Counted from the stretch's first letter, positions 20,746 through 29,634 are shown. The stretch is DNA of 63,459 nucleotides from Anaerolineae bacterium (GCA_027021705.1 JALUTT010000027.1:1-63459); one strand, 5' to 3'. Notes: a model not told the origin generated them from the letters alone. Numbers and translations: made by a program.

Positions 20746-21648
20746 ATGACCACTGCGCGGAGAATTCGTGTAACACGGGAGAAAATTGTAGACAGGCTGG
20801 TCTTCCTGGTGCCTGTGGTCGTCTTCGTCACACTCTTGTACGGCACCTTGATGTGGACCCTGTACGTTTCATTTACCGACTGGAAAACGGTTGCCGCCAA
20901 CTATCACTTCACCGGACTCAAATGGTACAGGTTCCTGGTCGCCCAGCCGCGCTTCTGGGTGGATATCCAGAACAACCTCAAGTGGCTAATCCTGGGCGTA
21001 GTCCCGACGGTTATCCTAGCGATCCTGCTGGCTTATCTTCTGGAGCTATCGCCGTTTCGAGGGGTCGAGCCCTACGTCCGCACGCTGATCCTTTATCCGG
21101 TAGCGATGTCCTTCATCGTCACCGGGACGATCTGGTCATGGATGTATGAGCCGAATCGAGGAGTGTTTAACACCCTGTTGAGGTCAATCGGCATAGAATC
21201 GCCTCTGAGATTTGTGACCAACCCGAGCACGGCCACGTATTGGTTGATTGTGATCTTTATCTGGCAGTATCTTGGATTTGCGGTGATTATCATCCAATCC
21301 TCATTCCGAACCACCGAGTTACAGGAGATGATTGAGGCAGCAACCGTTGATGGTGCCTCGAGGCTCAGGATCCTGGTTTCAGTGCTCATCCCCAACATTC
21401 GGCCAGGAATTCTGATATTGGTATCGCTCTTGTTGATCTCGACATTAAAGGTCTTCGACATCGTTTACATCGTCACATTTGGTGGACCGGGCATTTCTAC
21501 CGATGTCCTGGCGCTGAACATGTGGATCACCTTCTTCCAGCAGCATCTGGTTTCGGCCGGTGCTGGTCTTGGCATCATCATCTTTGCTATGGCCTTCATC
21601 CTCATCATCCCTTACACTATTTATGCTCTGCAAAGGTGGTTTGAATGA
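20746..21648 (+). CDS. carbohydrate ABC permease (MalF-like)
   Basis: EAA loop EAATVDGAS; LKVFD, GGPG. Confidence 0.92.
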   Translation: MTTARRIRVTREKIVDRLVFLVPVVVFVTLLYGTLMWTLYVSFTDWKTVAANYHFTGLKWYRFLVAQPRFWVDIQNNLKWLILGVVPTVILAILLAYLLELSPFRGVEPYVRTLILYPVAMSFIVTGTIWSWMYEPNRGVFNTLLRSIGIESPLRFVTNPSTATYWLIVIFIWQYLGFAVIIIQSSFRTTELQEMIEAATVDGASRLRILVSVLIPNIRPGILILVSLLLISTLKVFDIVYIVTFGGPGISTDVLALNMWITFFQQHLVSAGAGLGIIIFAMAFILIIPYTIYALQRWFE

Positions 21649-22490
21649 AAAGTAGAGATACAACGCTTAAACTCGTTGTCGTGTTGACGCTCGTCCTGCT
21701 CTCGGTCGCGTATCTTCTTCCCATCTATGTGATGGTGATCACTTCTTTGAAATCTGTCGAGGAGATCAACCAGGGCAATTATCTGATACCCACGGGAAAT
21801 CCCCAGTTCAGCAATTATGCAGAAGTGTTGTTCGGAAGCGATCGCTTTCGGAGCAACATGATCCCCCGTCTGATGAACTCTGCGATCATCTCTGTGTCGT
21901 CCACCGCCCTATCTGTATTTTTCGGCGCCTTAGGGGGCTATTACCTGAGTCGAACGAAGACAACGTTTGCGAGGGTTCTGTTTGTGTTGGTGGGCATCGC
22001 TTTGTATCTGCCGTACCAGGCGGTCATTATCCCCCTGGTAATTATGATTGCCAGGCTCAAGCTGGCGCTCTCCTATTGGGGCATGATTTTAAGCTACTTG
22101 ATCTTGAACATGCCGTTGGCCGCCGTCTTAATGGGAACGTTTTTCCTTTCCATCCCCAGAGAACTGGAAGAGGCAGCGGAGGTGGACGGAGCCTCCAGAG
22201 TTCAAATCTTTTTCCGAATTATCACACCGATCTCATTGCCAGCCTACGCCTCGGTGGCCATTATTATCTTTACCCAGGTGTGGAATGAATTCTTTCTCGC
22301 CCTGACGCTTTCCAGCCCGAAAACCCAGACCGTCCAGGTCGTTATGGCGGAGGCTAAAGGCACGACACTTGTGCTCTACAATCTGCAAATGGCAGCTGCC
22401 TTGATCTCGGTGGCAGTGCCGCTGGTGCTCTTCTTGCTGTTGGGCCGATATTTCATCCGCGGCATTCTCGCAGGTGCACTGAAGAGCTAA
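21645..22490 (+). CDS. carbohydrate ABC permease (MalG-like)
   Basis: IPRELEEAAEVDGAS, WNEF; ATGA overlap with the upstream gene. Confidence 0.92.
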   Translation: MKSRDTTLKLVVVLTLVLLSVAYLLPIYVMVITSLKSVEEINQGNYLIPTGNPQFSNYAEVLFGSDRFRSNMIPRLMNSAIISVSSTALSVFFGALGGYYLSRTKTTFARVLFVLVGIALYLPYQAVIIPLVIMIARLKLALSYWGMILSYLILNMPLAAVLMGTFFLSIPRELEEAAEVDGASRVQIFFRIITPISLPAYASVAIIIFTQVWNEFFLALTLSSPKTQTVQVVMAEAKGTTLVLYNLQMAAALISVAVPLVLFLLLGRYFIRGILAGALKS

Positions 22491-22658
22491 AGCATCGCCA
22501 TCTCCAGGGCCGCCGCCGCGACGGCGAGCGAAAACGTCACCAGAAGATCAAACGCTCTACGGTTACCTTGGGTAATCCCTAAGGATGGGCCTGGCGTTAC
22601 CCGTACCGCGGGGGTGGGAAAGTGGGCTGTGGACTATGGGTGGACTGTGAATCGGGGG

Positions 22659-23360
22659 CTAGGCCGACTGCCGGGAGCCGTGCCCTGTGCGCCTGCCCTC
22701 CTGCATCCGGGCCTTCAGCCGGCGGGCTCGGGGTCCGACAACCCGCTCGGTGCCTGCCTTGAGGCGGGCGATGTTGGGGCGCAACGCCCAGAAGATGACG
22801 AGGGCCGTCATCGTCCCATAGAGGGCGTACTCCCAGGGGGCGTGGGCGACGAGGGCGCGGATGGCGAAGATAAGCGGGATCAGCAGCGCCACCGTCATCG
22901 AGGTCACCGAAGCATAGCCGGTCACCACCAGAACAAGGGGGACGACGGGGACCAGAACGAGGGCAACGGGGAGCCAGAGGCCGGCCGCAGCCCCCACGTT
23001 GGGTCCGGTCCCTGCCCCGCCATGGAAACTGAGGAAGATGGACCAGTTATGGCCGACGACGGCGGCCACACCGGCCAGCATCTGAGCCAGGGCCACCGAG
23101 TCCAGCCCAGCCTCTATCGCCAGCCAGCGGGCCATCAGGACGGCTCCGGCCCCCTTCAGGGCATCCCCCACCCCGGTCGCCACGCCGGCCCAGAGGCCGG
23201 CCGCCCGCAGGGCATTGGTCCCTCCGGTGCGCCCGCTCCCCACGTGCCGGATGTCCACCCCTCGGGCCACTTTGACCACCAGGTAGCCGACCGGGATAGA
23301 GCCAACCAGGTAGGCCAACACCGAGATCATACCGTACTGAAGCAACTGTCCGACGAGCAT
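22659..23360 (-). CDS. plsY: glycerol-3-phosphate acyltransferase PlsY
   Basis: YLVGSIP, DIRHVGSGRTGGTN, DALKG, GHNWS, NIARLKAGTE. Confidence 0.9.
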   Translation of the reverse strand: MLVGQLLQYGMISVLAYLVGSIPVGYLVVKVARGVDIRHVGSGRTGGTNALRAAGLWAGVATGVGDALKGAGAVLMARWLAIEAGLDSVALAQMLAGVAAVVGHNWSIFLSFHGGAGTGPNVGAAAGLWLPVALVLVPVVPLVLVVTGYASVTSMTVALLIPLIFAIRALVAHAPWEYALYGTMTALVIFWALRPNIARLKAGTERVVGPRARRLKARMQEGRRTGHGSRQSA

Positions 23361-23390
23361 CGTTCTCCCCCTTGCATATGAGATTCGCGG

Positions 23391-23792
23391 GTTCAACCTA
23401 CCTTCCCGCAGGTCCCCCCCCTTGGCAAGCCCGCCTACGGACGAGCGCAGGTAGGAGGCCCTTGCAGGCCGAGTCGGGCTTGGAAAGCCCTCCTACGGAA
23501 GCTCTCCTACGAGCCCTCCTCCTGTCCATCGGGATGTAGGAGGCCCTTGCAGGGCCGAGTCGGGCTTGGAAAGCCCTCCTACGGAAGCTCTCCTACGAGC
23601 CCTCCTCCTGTCCGTCGGGATGTAGGAGGCCCTTGCAGGCCGAGTCGGGCTTGGAAAGCCCTCCTACGGAAGCTCTCCTACGAGCCCTCCTCCTGTCCAT
23701 CGGGATGTAGGAGGCCCTTGCAGGGCCGAGTCGGGCTTGGAAAGCCCTCCTACAAAGGCAGGCGGGCACTCTGCGGCCTGCGGGAGGATAAC
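23391..23792. mobile_element. family B inverted-repeat ends enclosing a REP tandem array
   Basis: Left end gttcaacctaccttcccgcaggt (23391-23413) and right end cctgcgggagg (23777-23787) match family B termini. Confidence 0.6.
23451..23753. repeat. GTAG-type REP/BIME-like tandem array, 3.5 units of 85/86/85 bp
   Basis: Units start at 23451, 23536, 23622, 23707; each holds convergent GTAGGAGGCCCTTGCAGG(G)CCGA and GTAGGAGGGCTTTCCAAGCCCGAC (reverse complement). Confidence 0.88.
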
Positions 23793-23950
23793 GTCCAATG
23801 CACTATAAGTAACACAGATTGTCAGCGCAAGTTCCTCTGAGTTGGCGAGGGAGGATAGCCAGTGGGGACAGTATAGCGCATCAGGGCGAAGATGACAAGA
23901 GGGGGAAGCAAATAGGGGGATAGCAACGTGGTGGCACAGCAGATGGCAAC

Positions 23951-24493
23951 CTAGCGGCGCAGTGAGTGGCAGCTTAGTGGTGTGGCTGCGATTCCCCAGT
24001 CCTGGAGTTCTTGCACAGCGGCCTCGACCAGTGCGTCGAGCCGGGCAGCGACTATAGGGGAAAGGTCAAGGCCGGGATCCAGCGAGGCGGGTTCCATCCC
24101 CCATAGGACGATGCGGTCGGGGAGGTGGCCCTGGAAGCGGCTCACCGCCAACAGTTCCTGCAGGCCGATCTGGTGCATAGACATCTTGAGGGAGAGCGCC
24201 GCCGGGATCGCCTCGCCTTCCAGCCGTACCAGCGTGCCCGGCGGCTCTCCCGTCTGCACGGCGTCGAGGATGAGCAGGTCGGTGACCCCCTCGAGATAGG
24301 GCAGGAGGTCCAGGCCCATAACGCCACCGTCAATGGCCTGGACCTCCGCCGGCAGACGGTATCGAGCGGTCAGGCACTCCAGGGCCCGGACGCCCAACCC
24401 TTCATCCCGCAGCAGGATGTTGCCCAACCCCAGGATCAGAGTTCGCCGTTGTACGATGCCACGATCAGGCAGGGGACTCCTCCGCACCAGCAC
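23951..24493 (-). CDS. hydrogenase maturation endopeptidase (HyaD/HybD family); exact start uncertain
   Basis: ILGLGNILLRDEGLG, IDGG, LILDAV, SMHQ. Confidence 0.92.
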   Translation of the reverse strand: MLVRRSPLPDRGIVQRRTLILGLGNILLRDEGLGVRALECLTARYRLPAEVQAIDGGVMGLDLLPYLEGVTDLLILDAVQTGEPPGTLVRLEGEAIPAALSLKMSMHQIGLQELLAVSRFQGHLPDRIVLWGMEPASLDPGLDLSPIVAARLDALVEAAVQELQDWGIAATPLSCHSLRR

Positions 24494-25202
24494 TGGTCGG
24501 CGCTGCTTCCTTGACCCTCGACTTCCGCTCGATCCAGTCGGGCTTCTGCTCCAGCGAGATGAACTTGAAGCCGCTGAAGATGCTGGACATCAGCCCGTTG
24601 CCTTCCTCCATATCCACCAGCCAAGCACTGTAGACGTGGTGGATGGCGAAGGCGATGAGCAAGTACATGATCAGGTGGTGGACCAGGCGCACTGTCTGAA
24701 CGCTAACGAGGAGGAAGACCCAGCCAGTCAACGCGCGCCAGATGGAGACGGGATGCAGCCAGCCGTAGAGGGCGAAGCCGGTGAAGACCTGGATGAAGTA
24801 AAGGGTCACGATGATCATATAGGTCATCCCGGCCAGGGCGTTGTGGCCGGCCACCTCGGGGGGTCTCCGACGCAGGAAGAGGTAGTAGCGAATGGCCTCG
24901 ACCATGTTGCGCCGCCCCTCCGCCGTCAGGAAGGGGAAGAGACCCCGCCAACTCGCCCACTCGTTACCCACAAAGGCCCAGTAGGTACGCAGCATCAGAC
25001 TGGCGACGAAGACGAAGGCGACCACCAGGTGGATGTACCGCATCAGCCCCATAAAGTAGGCCCCGTAGGGCTCCCGTGGGCTAATGGCGATGTAGGGGTT
25101 GCTGATGTAGTAGCCTGTGAAGGAGAGAATGACGATGCTGGCCACGTTCACCCAGTGGGTGAGACGGACCGGCACTTCCCAGACGTAGATCCGTCGGCGC
25201 AT
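24465..25202 (-). CDS. Ni/Fe-hydrogenase b-type cytochrome subunit (HyaC/HupC family)
   Basis: YVWEVPVRLTHW, RYIH, GHNALA, RLVHH, IHHVY, SSIFSG. Confidence 0.93.
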   Translation of the reverse strand: MRRRIYVWEVPVRLTHWVNVASIVILSFTGYYISNPYIAISPREPYGAYFMGLMRYIHLVVAFVFVASLMLRTYWAFVGNEWASWRGLFPFLTAEGRRNMVEAIRYYLFLRRRPPEVAGHNALAGMTYMIIVTLYFIQVFTGFALYGWLHPVSIWRALTGWVFLLVSVQTVRLVHHLIMYLLIAFAIHHVYSAWLVDMEEGNGLMSSIFSGFKFISLEQKPDWIERKSRVKEAAPTSAGAEESPA

Positions 25203-25213
25203 ATCCCACCTCC

Positions 25214-26929
25214 TCAGGCTACTTTGACCCGCGTGATCTCGCGCCCATGGCGGTTCACGATGTGCACGGCACAGGCCATGCAGGGGTCAAAGGAGTGAAT
25301 GGTGCGCAGGATCTCCACGGGCCGCTCCGGGTCGGCGACGGGCGTGTCTATCAACGCTGCCTCGTAGGGACCGCGCTGCTCCCGCGCATCCCTGGGCGAT
25401 CCGTTCCAGGTGCTGGGCACTACGGCCTGGTAGTTGACGATCTTTCCACCCTTGATGCGCACCCAGTGACCCAACGCGCCTCGGGGAGCCTCCGTCGAAC
25501 CCCATCCCTCGGCCTCGGCGGGCCAGGTGCTGGGATGCCAGCGCTCTCCATTGTGGATGGCCAGGTCTCCTCGGGAGATGTTGGCGGCCAACTCGTCAAT
25601 CCAGACGCTCAACTGCTCGGCGACCACCAGGGTCTCGATGCCTCGCGCTGCCACCCGCCCCAGGGTCGAGAAGAGGGCTTCCGGCCCGACATCCAGGTGG
25701 TCAAGCACTTGGTGGACCAGCTCGCGCACCCGTTCGTGGCCCGAAGCATAGGCCACCAACATCCGCGCCAGTGGCCCTACCTCCATCGGGGTGTCTTGAT
25801 AGCGAGGAGCCTTGAGCCAGGAGTACTTCTCATCGGTGTTGAGGAACTCGTAGGGCGGCTTGGGGCCGGTGTAGTTGGGCCGGGTCTCCCCCTCCCAGGG
25901 ATGCTTAGCGGTTCCATCTCCCTCGGCATAGCTGTACCAGGAATGGGTGACGTATTCGCGGATCTCCCGGTGGTCCAGGGCCTGGGGCGGATTGCCGATC
26001 TGCTTGTCGAAGATGACGCCCCGGGGCAGCCAAAGGCTGGAGGGGTTCCCGCTGGTGTCCTGGGGATAATCGCCGTAAGCCAGGTAGTTGCCCACGCCGC
26101 CTCCCAGGCCGGCCCACTCCTTGTAGAAGGAGGCGACGGCCAGCAGGTCGGGGATGTAGACCTGGGCGACGAAATCGTGAGCCTGAGCTGCCCAGCGCTT
26201 CAGTTGAGCGATGCGGTGAGCGTTGATAGCGCTCTGGCTGTCGGGGTCTAGAGGCACCGCCATCCCCCCCACCAAGTAAGTCTGCAAGTGGGGGTTCTTG
26301 CCTCCCAGCAGGGCGTGGATCTTGATGATTTCCTTCTGCCAGTCCAGGGCTTCCAGGTAGTGGGCGACGGCCATCAGGTTGGCCGCCGGAGGAAGGGCGT
26401 AGGCTGGGTGGCCCCAGTAGGCGTTGGCGAAGAGGCCCAGCTGCCCCGTCTCGACGAAGGCTTTGAGGCGGTTCTGAACGCCGGCGAAGTAGTCGGCGCT
26501 CGATTTCGGCCAGTCGGAGATGGACTGAGCCAGGTCGGCAGTGTCAGCCGGGTCAGCTTCTAGGGCACTGACGATGTCCACCCAGTCTAGCGCGTGGAGG
26601 TGGTAGAAGTGGATGACGTGGTCCTGAACGTACTGGGCAGCCTCGATAATGTTGCGGATCAAGCGGGCGTTGTCGGGGATCTGAATCTGCAGGGCGTTCT
26701 CAACTGCTCGCACGGAGCAGACGGCATGCACCGTTGTTCAGACGCCTCATATGCGTTGGGCGAAGAGCCAGGCATCGCGGGGGTCACGTCCGCGCAACAC
26801 CAACTCCATCCCCCGGAACATCGTGCTGCTGCTCCAGGCATCCACGACGCGCCCATTCTCCACTTGGACCTCGATGCGTAGATGGCCCTCGATGCGCGTG
26901 ATGGGATCAATCGCGATCTTCTTCGCCAT
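25214..26929 (-). CDS. [NiFe]-hydrogenase large subunit (group-1 type), 571 aa, two in-frame UGA read as Sec61 and Sec64
   Basis: ORFs 26747..26965 and 25214..26731 share one frame. IDPITRIEGHLR...RGRDPRDAWLFAQRI-UGA-GV-UGA-TTVH matches RxCGxC. HFYHLHALDW; C-terminal DPCMACAVH plus 15-aa extension. Confidence 0.9.
26704..26734 (-). promoter_or_regulatory. candidate bacterial SECIS elements: hairpins ACGGU-GCAU-GCCGU (26734-26721) and CUGCUC-CGUGC-GAGCAG (26720-26704)
   Basis: Two adjacent stem-loops just 3' of the UGA codons at 26749-26747 and 26740-26738, each with G in the first two loop positions. Confidence 0.6.
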
Positions 26930-26978
26930 AGGGCTTCCTCCTCTTGCTACGAATTTGCGGATCACGGATCACAGCATC

Positions 26979-27093
26979 TTCAGCTTACCCTCCCGCAGGT
27001 CACCGGTCGAGGGTGCTTTCAGCCCCGATGGGCTATTTGAAGCACAGTTTCGCGTCGGAAACGCACCTAACCTACAGGAGGGTGAACAGTTAC
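26979..27093. mobile_element. MITE-like element family B between the hydrogenase small and large subunit genes
   Basis: Ends ttcagcttaccctcccgcaggt...acctacaggagggtgaacagttac; near-identical inverted copy at 34950-35066. Confidence 0.82.
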
Positions 27094-27099
27094 GGGCCC

Positions 27100-28224
27100 C
27101 TAGTCGCCGCCGTCGGTCTGGACCGGTGGGCCTTCTTCCTCGTGAGCGGCCAGAGGGTGGCGACGGGCTCGGAAGGCGCTCACCACGCCGTGGGCGGCGA
27201 AGGCGGCCGTGACGCCACCGACGATGCCCAGACCGACCCTGTTGGCCGAGACCTCGACACCAAAGCCCTCGACGTTGGGCAGGCGCTCGTAGAAGGGAGA
27301 CATCGTGTCCCAGAAGCGCGGGGCGAAGCAACCGATGCAACCGTGACCGGCACCGACGGGCCAGTTGGTCCCTTCGTTCCACTGAACGGAAGGGCAGTTG
27401 GAGTAGGTCTGAGGCCCCTTGCATCCCATCTTGTAGAGGCACCAGCCTAGGCGATGGCCTTCGTCTCCCCATTCTTCCACGAAACGGCCGGCGTCGAAAT
27501 GGCCCCGGCGGGGACAGTAGTTGTGGATGATGTGACCGTAGGCGAAGAGAGGACGTCCCATCGAGTCCGTGGCCGGCAGCTCCCCAAAGGTCAGGTAATG
27601 CACGATGACCGCCGTCAGGTTGGCAACGTTCATCGGGCAGCCGGGCATATTGATCAGGTTCTTCAGCCCAGGCACCGCGTCCTTGACGCCCACGGCCCCT
27701 GTGGGGTTCGGTGATGCCGCCGGCCAGCCACCGTCCCAGGCGCAAGCTCCCACAGCGATGGTGACCAAGGCATTGCGGCACACCTCGCGGACGATCTCGA
27801 TGGCGGTACGGCCCCCGATGGTGCAGTAGACCCCACCATCCTTGGTCGGGATCGCGCCCTCGACGATGGCAATGTACTGACCGGGAAACTGCTCTACGGT
27901 GTCCTGGAGCGACTTCTCAGCCATCTGGCCAGCAGGGGCCATAATCGTCTCATGGTAGTTGACCGAGAGCACCTCGAGGACGATGTCAACGACCGTGGGA
28001 TCCGTGGCCCGCAGGAAAGACTCGGTGTTGCCCGCGCAGTCCTGGAACTCCAACCAGACCAGCGGGATCCGGGGAGCGGTGCTCAGGGCTTCAGCGATGC
28101 GTGTGGTGTAACGGGCGGGCAGGGCGAGGGTGGCCGCCATCAGGCCACAGAACCTTAAAAACTGGCGGCGGGTGATGCCGCGTTGGGCCAGATGCCCTTC
28201 GAGACCGGGTGAGGAAGGATCCAT
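27100..28224 (-). CDS. [NiFe]-hydrogenase small subunit, Tat-exported, C-terminal membrane anchor
   Basis: TRRQFLR Tat motif; QDCAGNTES, GACA..GG, PGCP, HNYCPRR, CLYKMGCKGP, NCP...WPVGAGHGCIGC; C-terminal TM. Confidence 0.95.
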   Translation of the reverse strand: MDPSSPGLEGHLAQRGITRRQFLRFCGLMAATLALPARYTTRIAEALSTAPRIPLVWLEFQDCAGNTESFLRATDPTVVDIVLEVLSVNYHETIMAPAGQMAEKSLQDTVEQFPGQYIAIVEGAIPTKDGGVYCTIGGRTAIEIVREVCRNALVTIAVGACAWDGGWPAASPNPTGAVGVKDAVPGLKNLINMPGCPMNVANLTAVIVHYLTFGELPATDSMGRPLFAYGHIIHNYCPRRGHFDAGRFVEEWGDEGHRLGWCLYKMGCKGPQTYSNCPSVQWNEGTNWPVGAGHGCIGCFAPRFWDTMSPFYERLPNVEGFGVEVSANRVGLGIVGGVTAAFAAHGVVSAFRARRHPLAAHEEEGPPVQTDGGD

Positions 28225-28430
28225 AAGCCACCTCCTGTAGTGTAACGCCATGCTGGGAGAGACAAAGGTCCTTACTGCCGATGGAATTGGACAAACCGGG
28301 GGATCGGAAATGACAATGGGGGAAGAGTCACACGCACAACGTAGGATGGGCTTGGAGGCCCCATCTCCTCTCCTTGGCTCCCCCCCTTCCTCCTCTACCC
28401 GATTGGGGGTCGGGTTGTGAGGATAGGTTC

Positions 28431-28461
28431 ATTATACCCCCCTACCCTCACCCAACCCTCA
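28431..28461 (-). promoter_or_regulatory. putative hydrogenase operon promoter: TATAAT (28436-28431) preceded by TGAGGGT heptamers at 11-bp period
   Basis: accctca at 28444-28450 and 28455-28461 on the plus strand; no -35 at 17-bp spacing. Confidence 0.5.
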
Positions 28462-28479
28462 ACGCGGAATGGTGGGGGA

Positions 28480-29634
28480 CTAACGCTCCTGAAGGGCTAT
28501 CCGGTAGAGCCGTTGGGTCTCTCGGTCTGGCGGGACCTTGAGCTCCTGCCAGAGGGCATCGGCCAAGCGGCGGTAGTGGGCCACGGCGGTCGCCCGATCG
28601 CCCTGACGTATGGCCAGCCGCATCAGTCGTCGGCCTACCGTCTCCCGGCAGGGATCCATAGCCATCACCCTGAGGTAAAGGCTGATGGCCTCCTGGTCTT
28701 GCTGCTCCTGCTCACACAGACTCCCTAACTCCTCTAGCGCCATCAGGTAGAGCTCTCGCAGCCGTTCCCGCTCCACCCAGCACCAGCGGAGGTCATGGCC
28801 CAGGAGGTCTGCCAGAAAATCCCCCCGGTAGAGGACCAGGGCTTCTCGATAGAGAGCCATCGCTCGACGTGGATTGGACTCCCGCCGGGCCTGCCCCATC
28901 AGGGTCTCGAAGGCAGCCACATCCAACCAGTGACCGGGGCCGTCGTCCAGGTAGTAGCAGTCCCCTTCGTAGCGGATGTAGTGGGAATCGGCCCCTCGCC
29001 GGATAGAAGGCTCCAGGCTCCGGCGCAGGTTGTAGACGGTGGTGTTCAGGTTGCGAAGGGCAGCCGGGTAGTCCAGGTGGGGCCACAACGCCTCGATCAC
29101 CGCATCGCGGTGCACGAGCTGCCCCCGGTGGAGGACCAAAAAGGCCAGCAGTGCCCGTACTTTCGCCCGACGCCAGAGGGGACCATCCACGGTGGACCCG
29201 TCGGCCCGCTGCACTTCCGTCCGCCCTAGGAGACGGATGCGCAGCGAAGGGGGGCAGATCAGCCTCTCCTGAGCCGGTCGGAAGAGGTGCACCAGCGCGG
29301 ACATTTGGTGGCCGTCGGCCTTGGCGGGGACGGCGACGATGCTGACGCTGACCCGCCGGACCGCGCCCGTCCGGCTGTGGATCAGGAGGTCAAAGCAGCG
29401 CACCGGTTTCCGTTGCCGGGCCTGCCCCATGATCGCGCAGCCGACCTTGCAGAGGGGCTTCCCCTCCGAAGTGCGGCCTTTCAGGAGCTCGTGGCAGAGC
29501 TGTCCTACCGCTTCAGACGCGGTATATCCCAGCAGTTCCTCGGCCACCGAATTCCACAGCACGATGCGGTAGTCCGCATCCACGGCCCAGACACCATCCC
29601 CAGTGCATGCGAAGAGACGTGAGATCTCATCCAT
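28480..29634 (-). CDS. PAS + OmpR-type wHTH + BTAD (SARP/AfsR-like) transcriptional regulator
   Basis: PAS: GVWAVD...WNSVAEELLGY; LRIRLLG...ALLAFL...EALWP; LDVAAFE...LYRGDFL...ERERLRELY. Confidence 0.88.
   Translation of the reverse strand: MDEISRLFACTGDGVWAVDADYRIVLWNSVAEELLGYTASEAVGQLCHELLKGRTSEGKPLCKVGCAIMGQARQRKPVRCFDLLIHSRTGAVRRVSVSIVAVPAKADGHQMSALVHLFRPAQERLICPPSLRIRLLGRTEVQRADGSTVDGPLWRRAKVRALLAFLVLHRGQLVHRDAVIEALWPHLDYPAALRNLNTTVYNLRRSLEPSIRRGADSHYIRYEGDCYYLDDGPGHWLDVAAFETLMGQARRESNPRRAMALYREALVLYRGDFLADLLGHDLRWCWVERERLRELYLMALEELGSLCEQEQQDQEAISLYLRVMAMDPCRETVGRRLMRLAIRQGDRATAVAHYRRLADALWQELKVPPDRETQRLYRIALQER

Noticed and set aside
22560..22580. Fourth family A terminus (ggttaccttgggtaatccc)
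   Set aside because: Only a partial match to the TIR, with no internal homology.
23451..23753. CRISPR array
   Set aside because: The sequences between repeats are near-identical rather than unique spacers, the unit is 85-86 bp, and no cas genes are present.
25214..26965. Hydrogenase large subunit as a pseudogene or two separate ORFs (72 aa + 505 aa)
   Set aside because: Both pieces are in one frame, both stops sit exactly on the Ni-ligand Cys codons, SECIS-like hairpins follow, selC is nearby and the rest of the operon is intact.
28225..28430. Riboswitch (e.g. Ni/Co) in the hydrogenase leader
   Set aside because: Long, purine-rich leader, but no riboswitch consensus recognisable by eye; an Rfam scan is needed.
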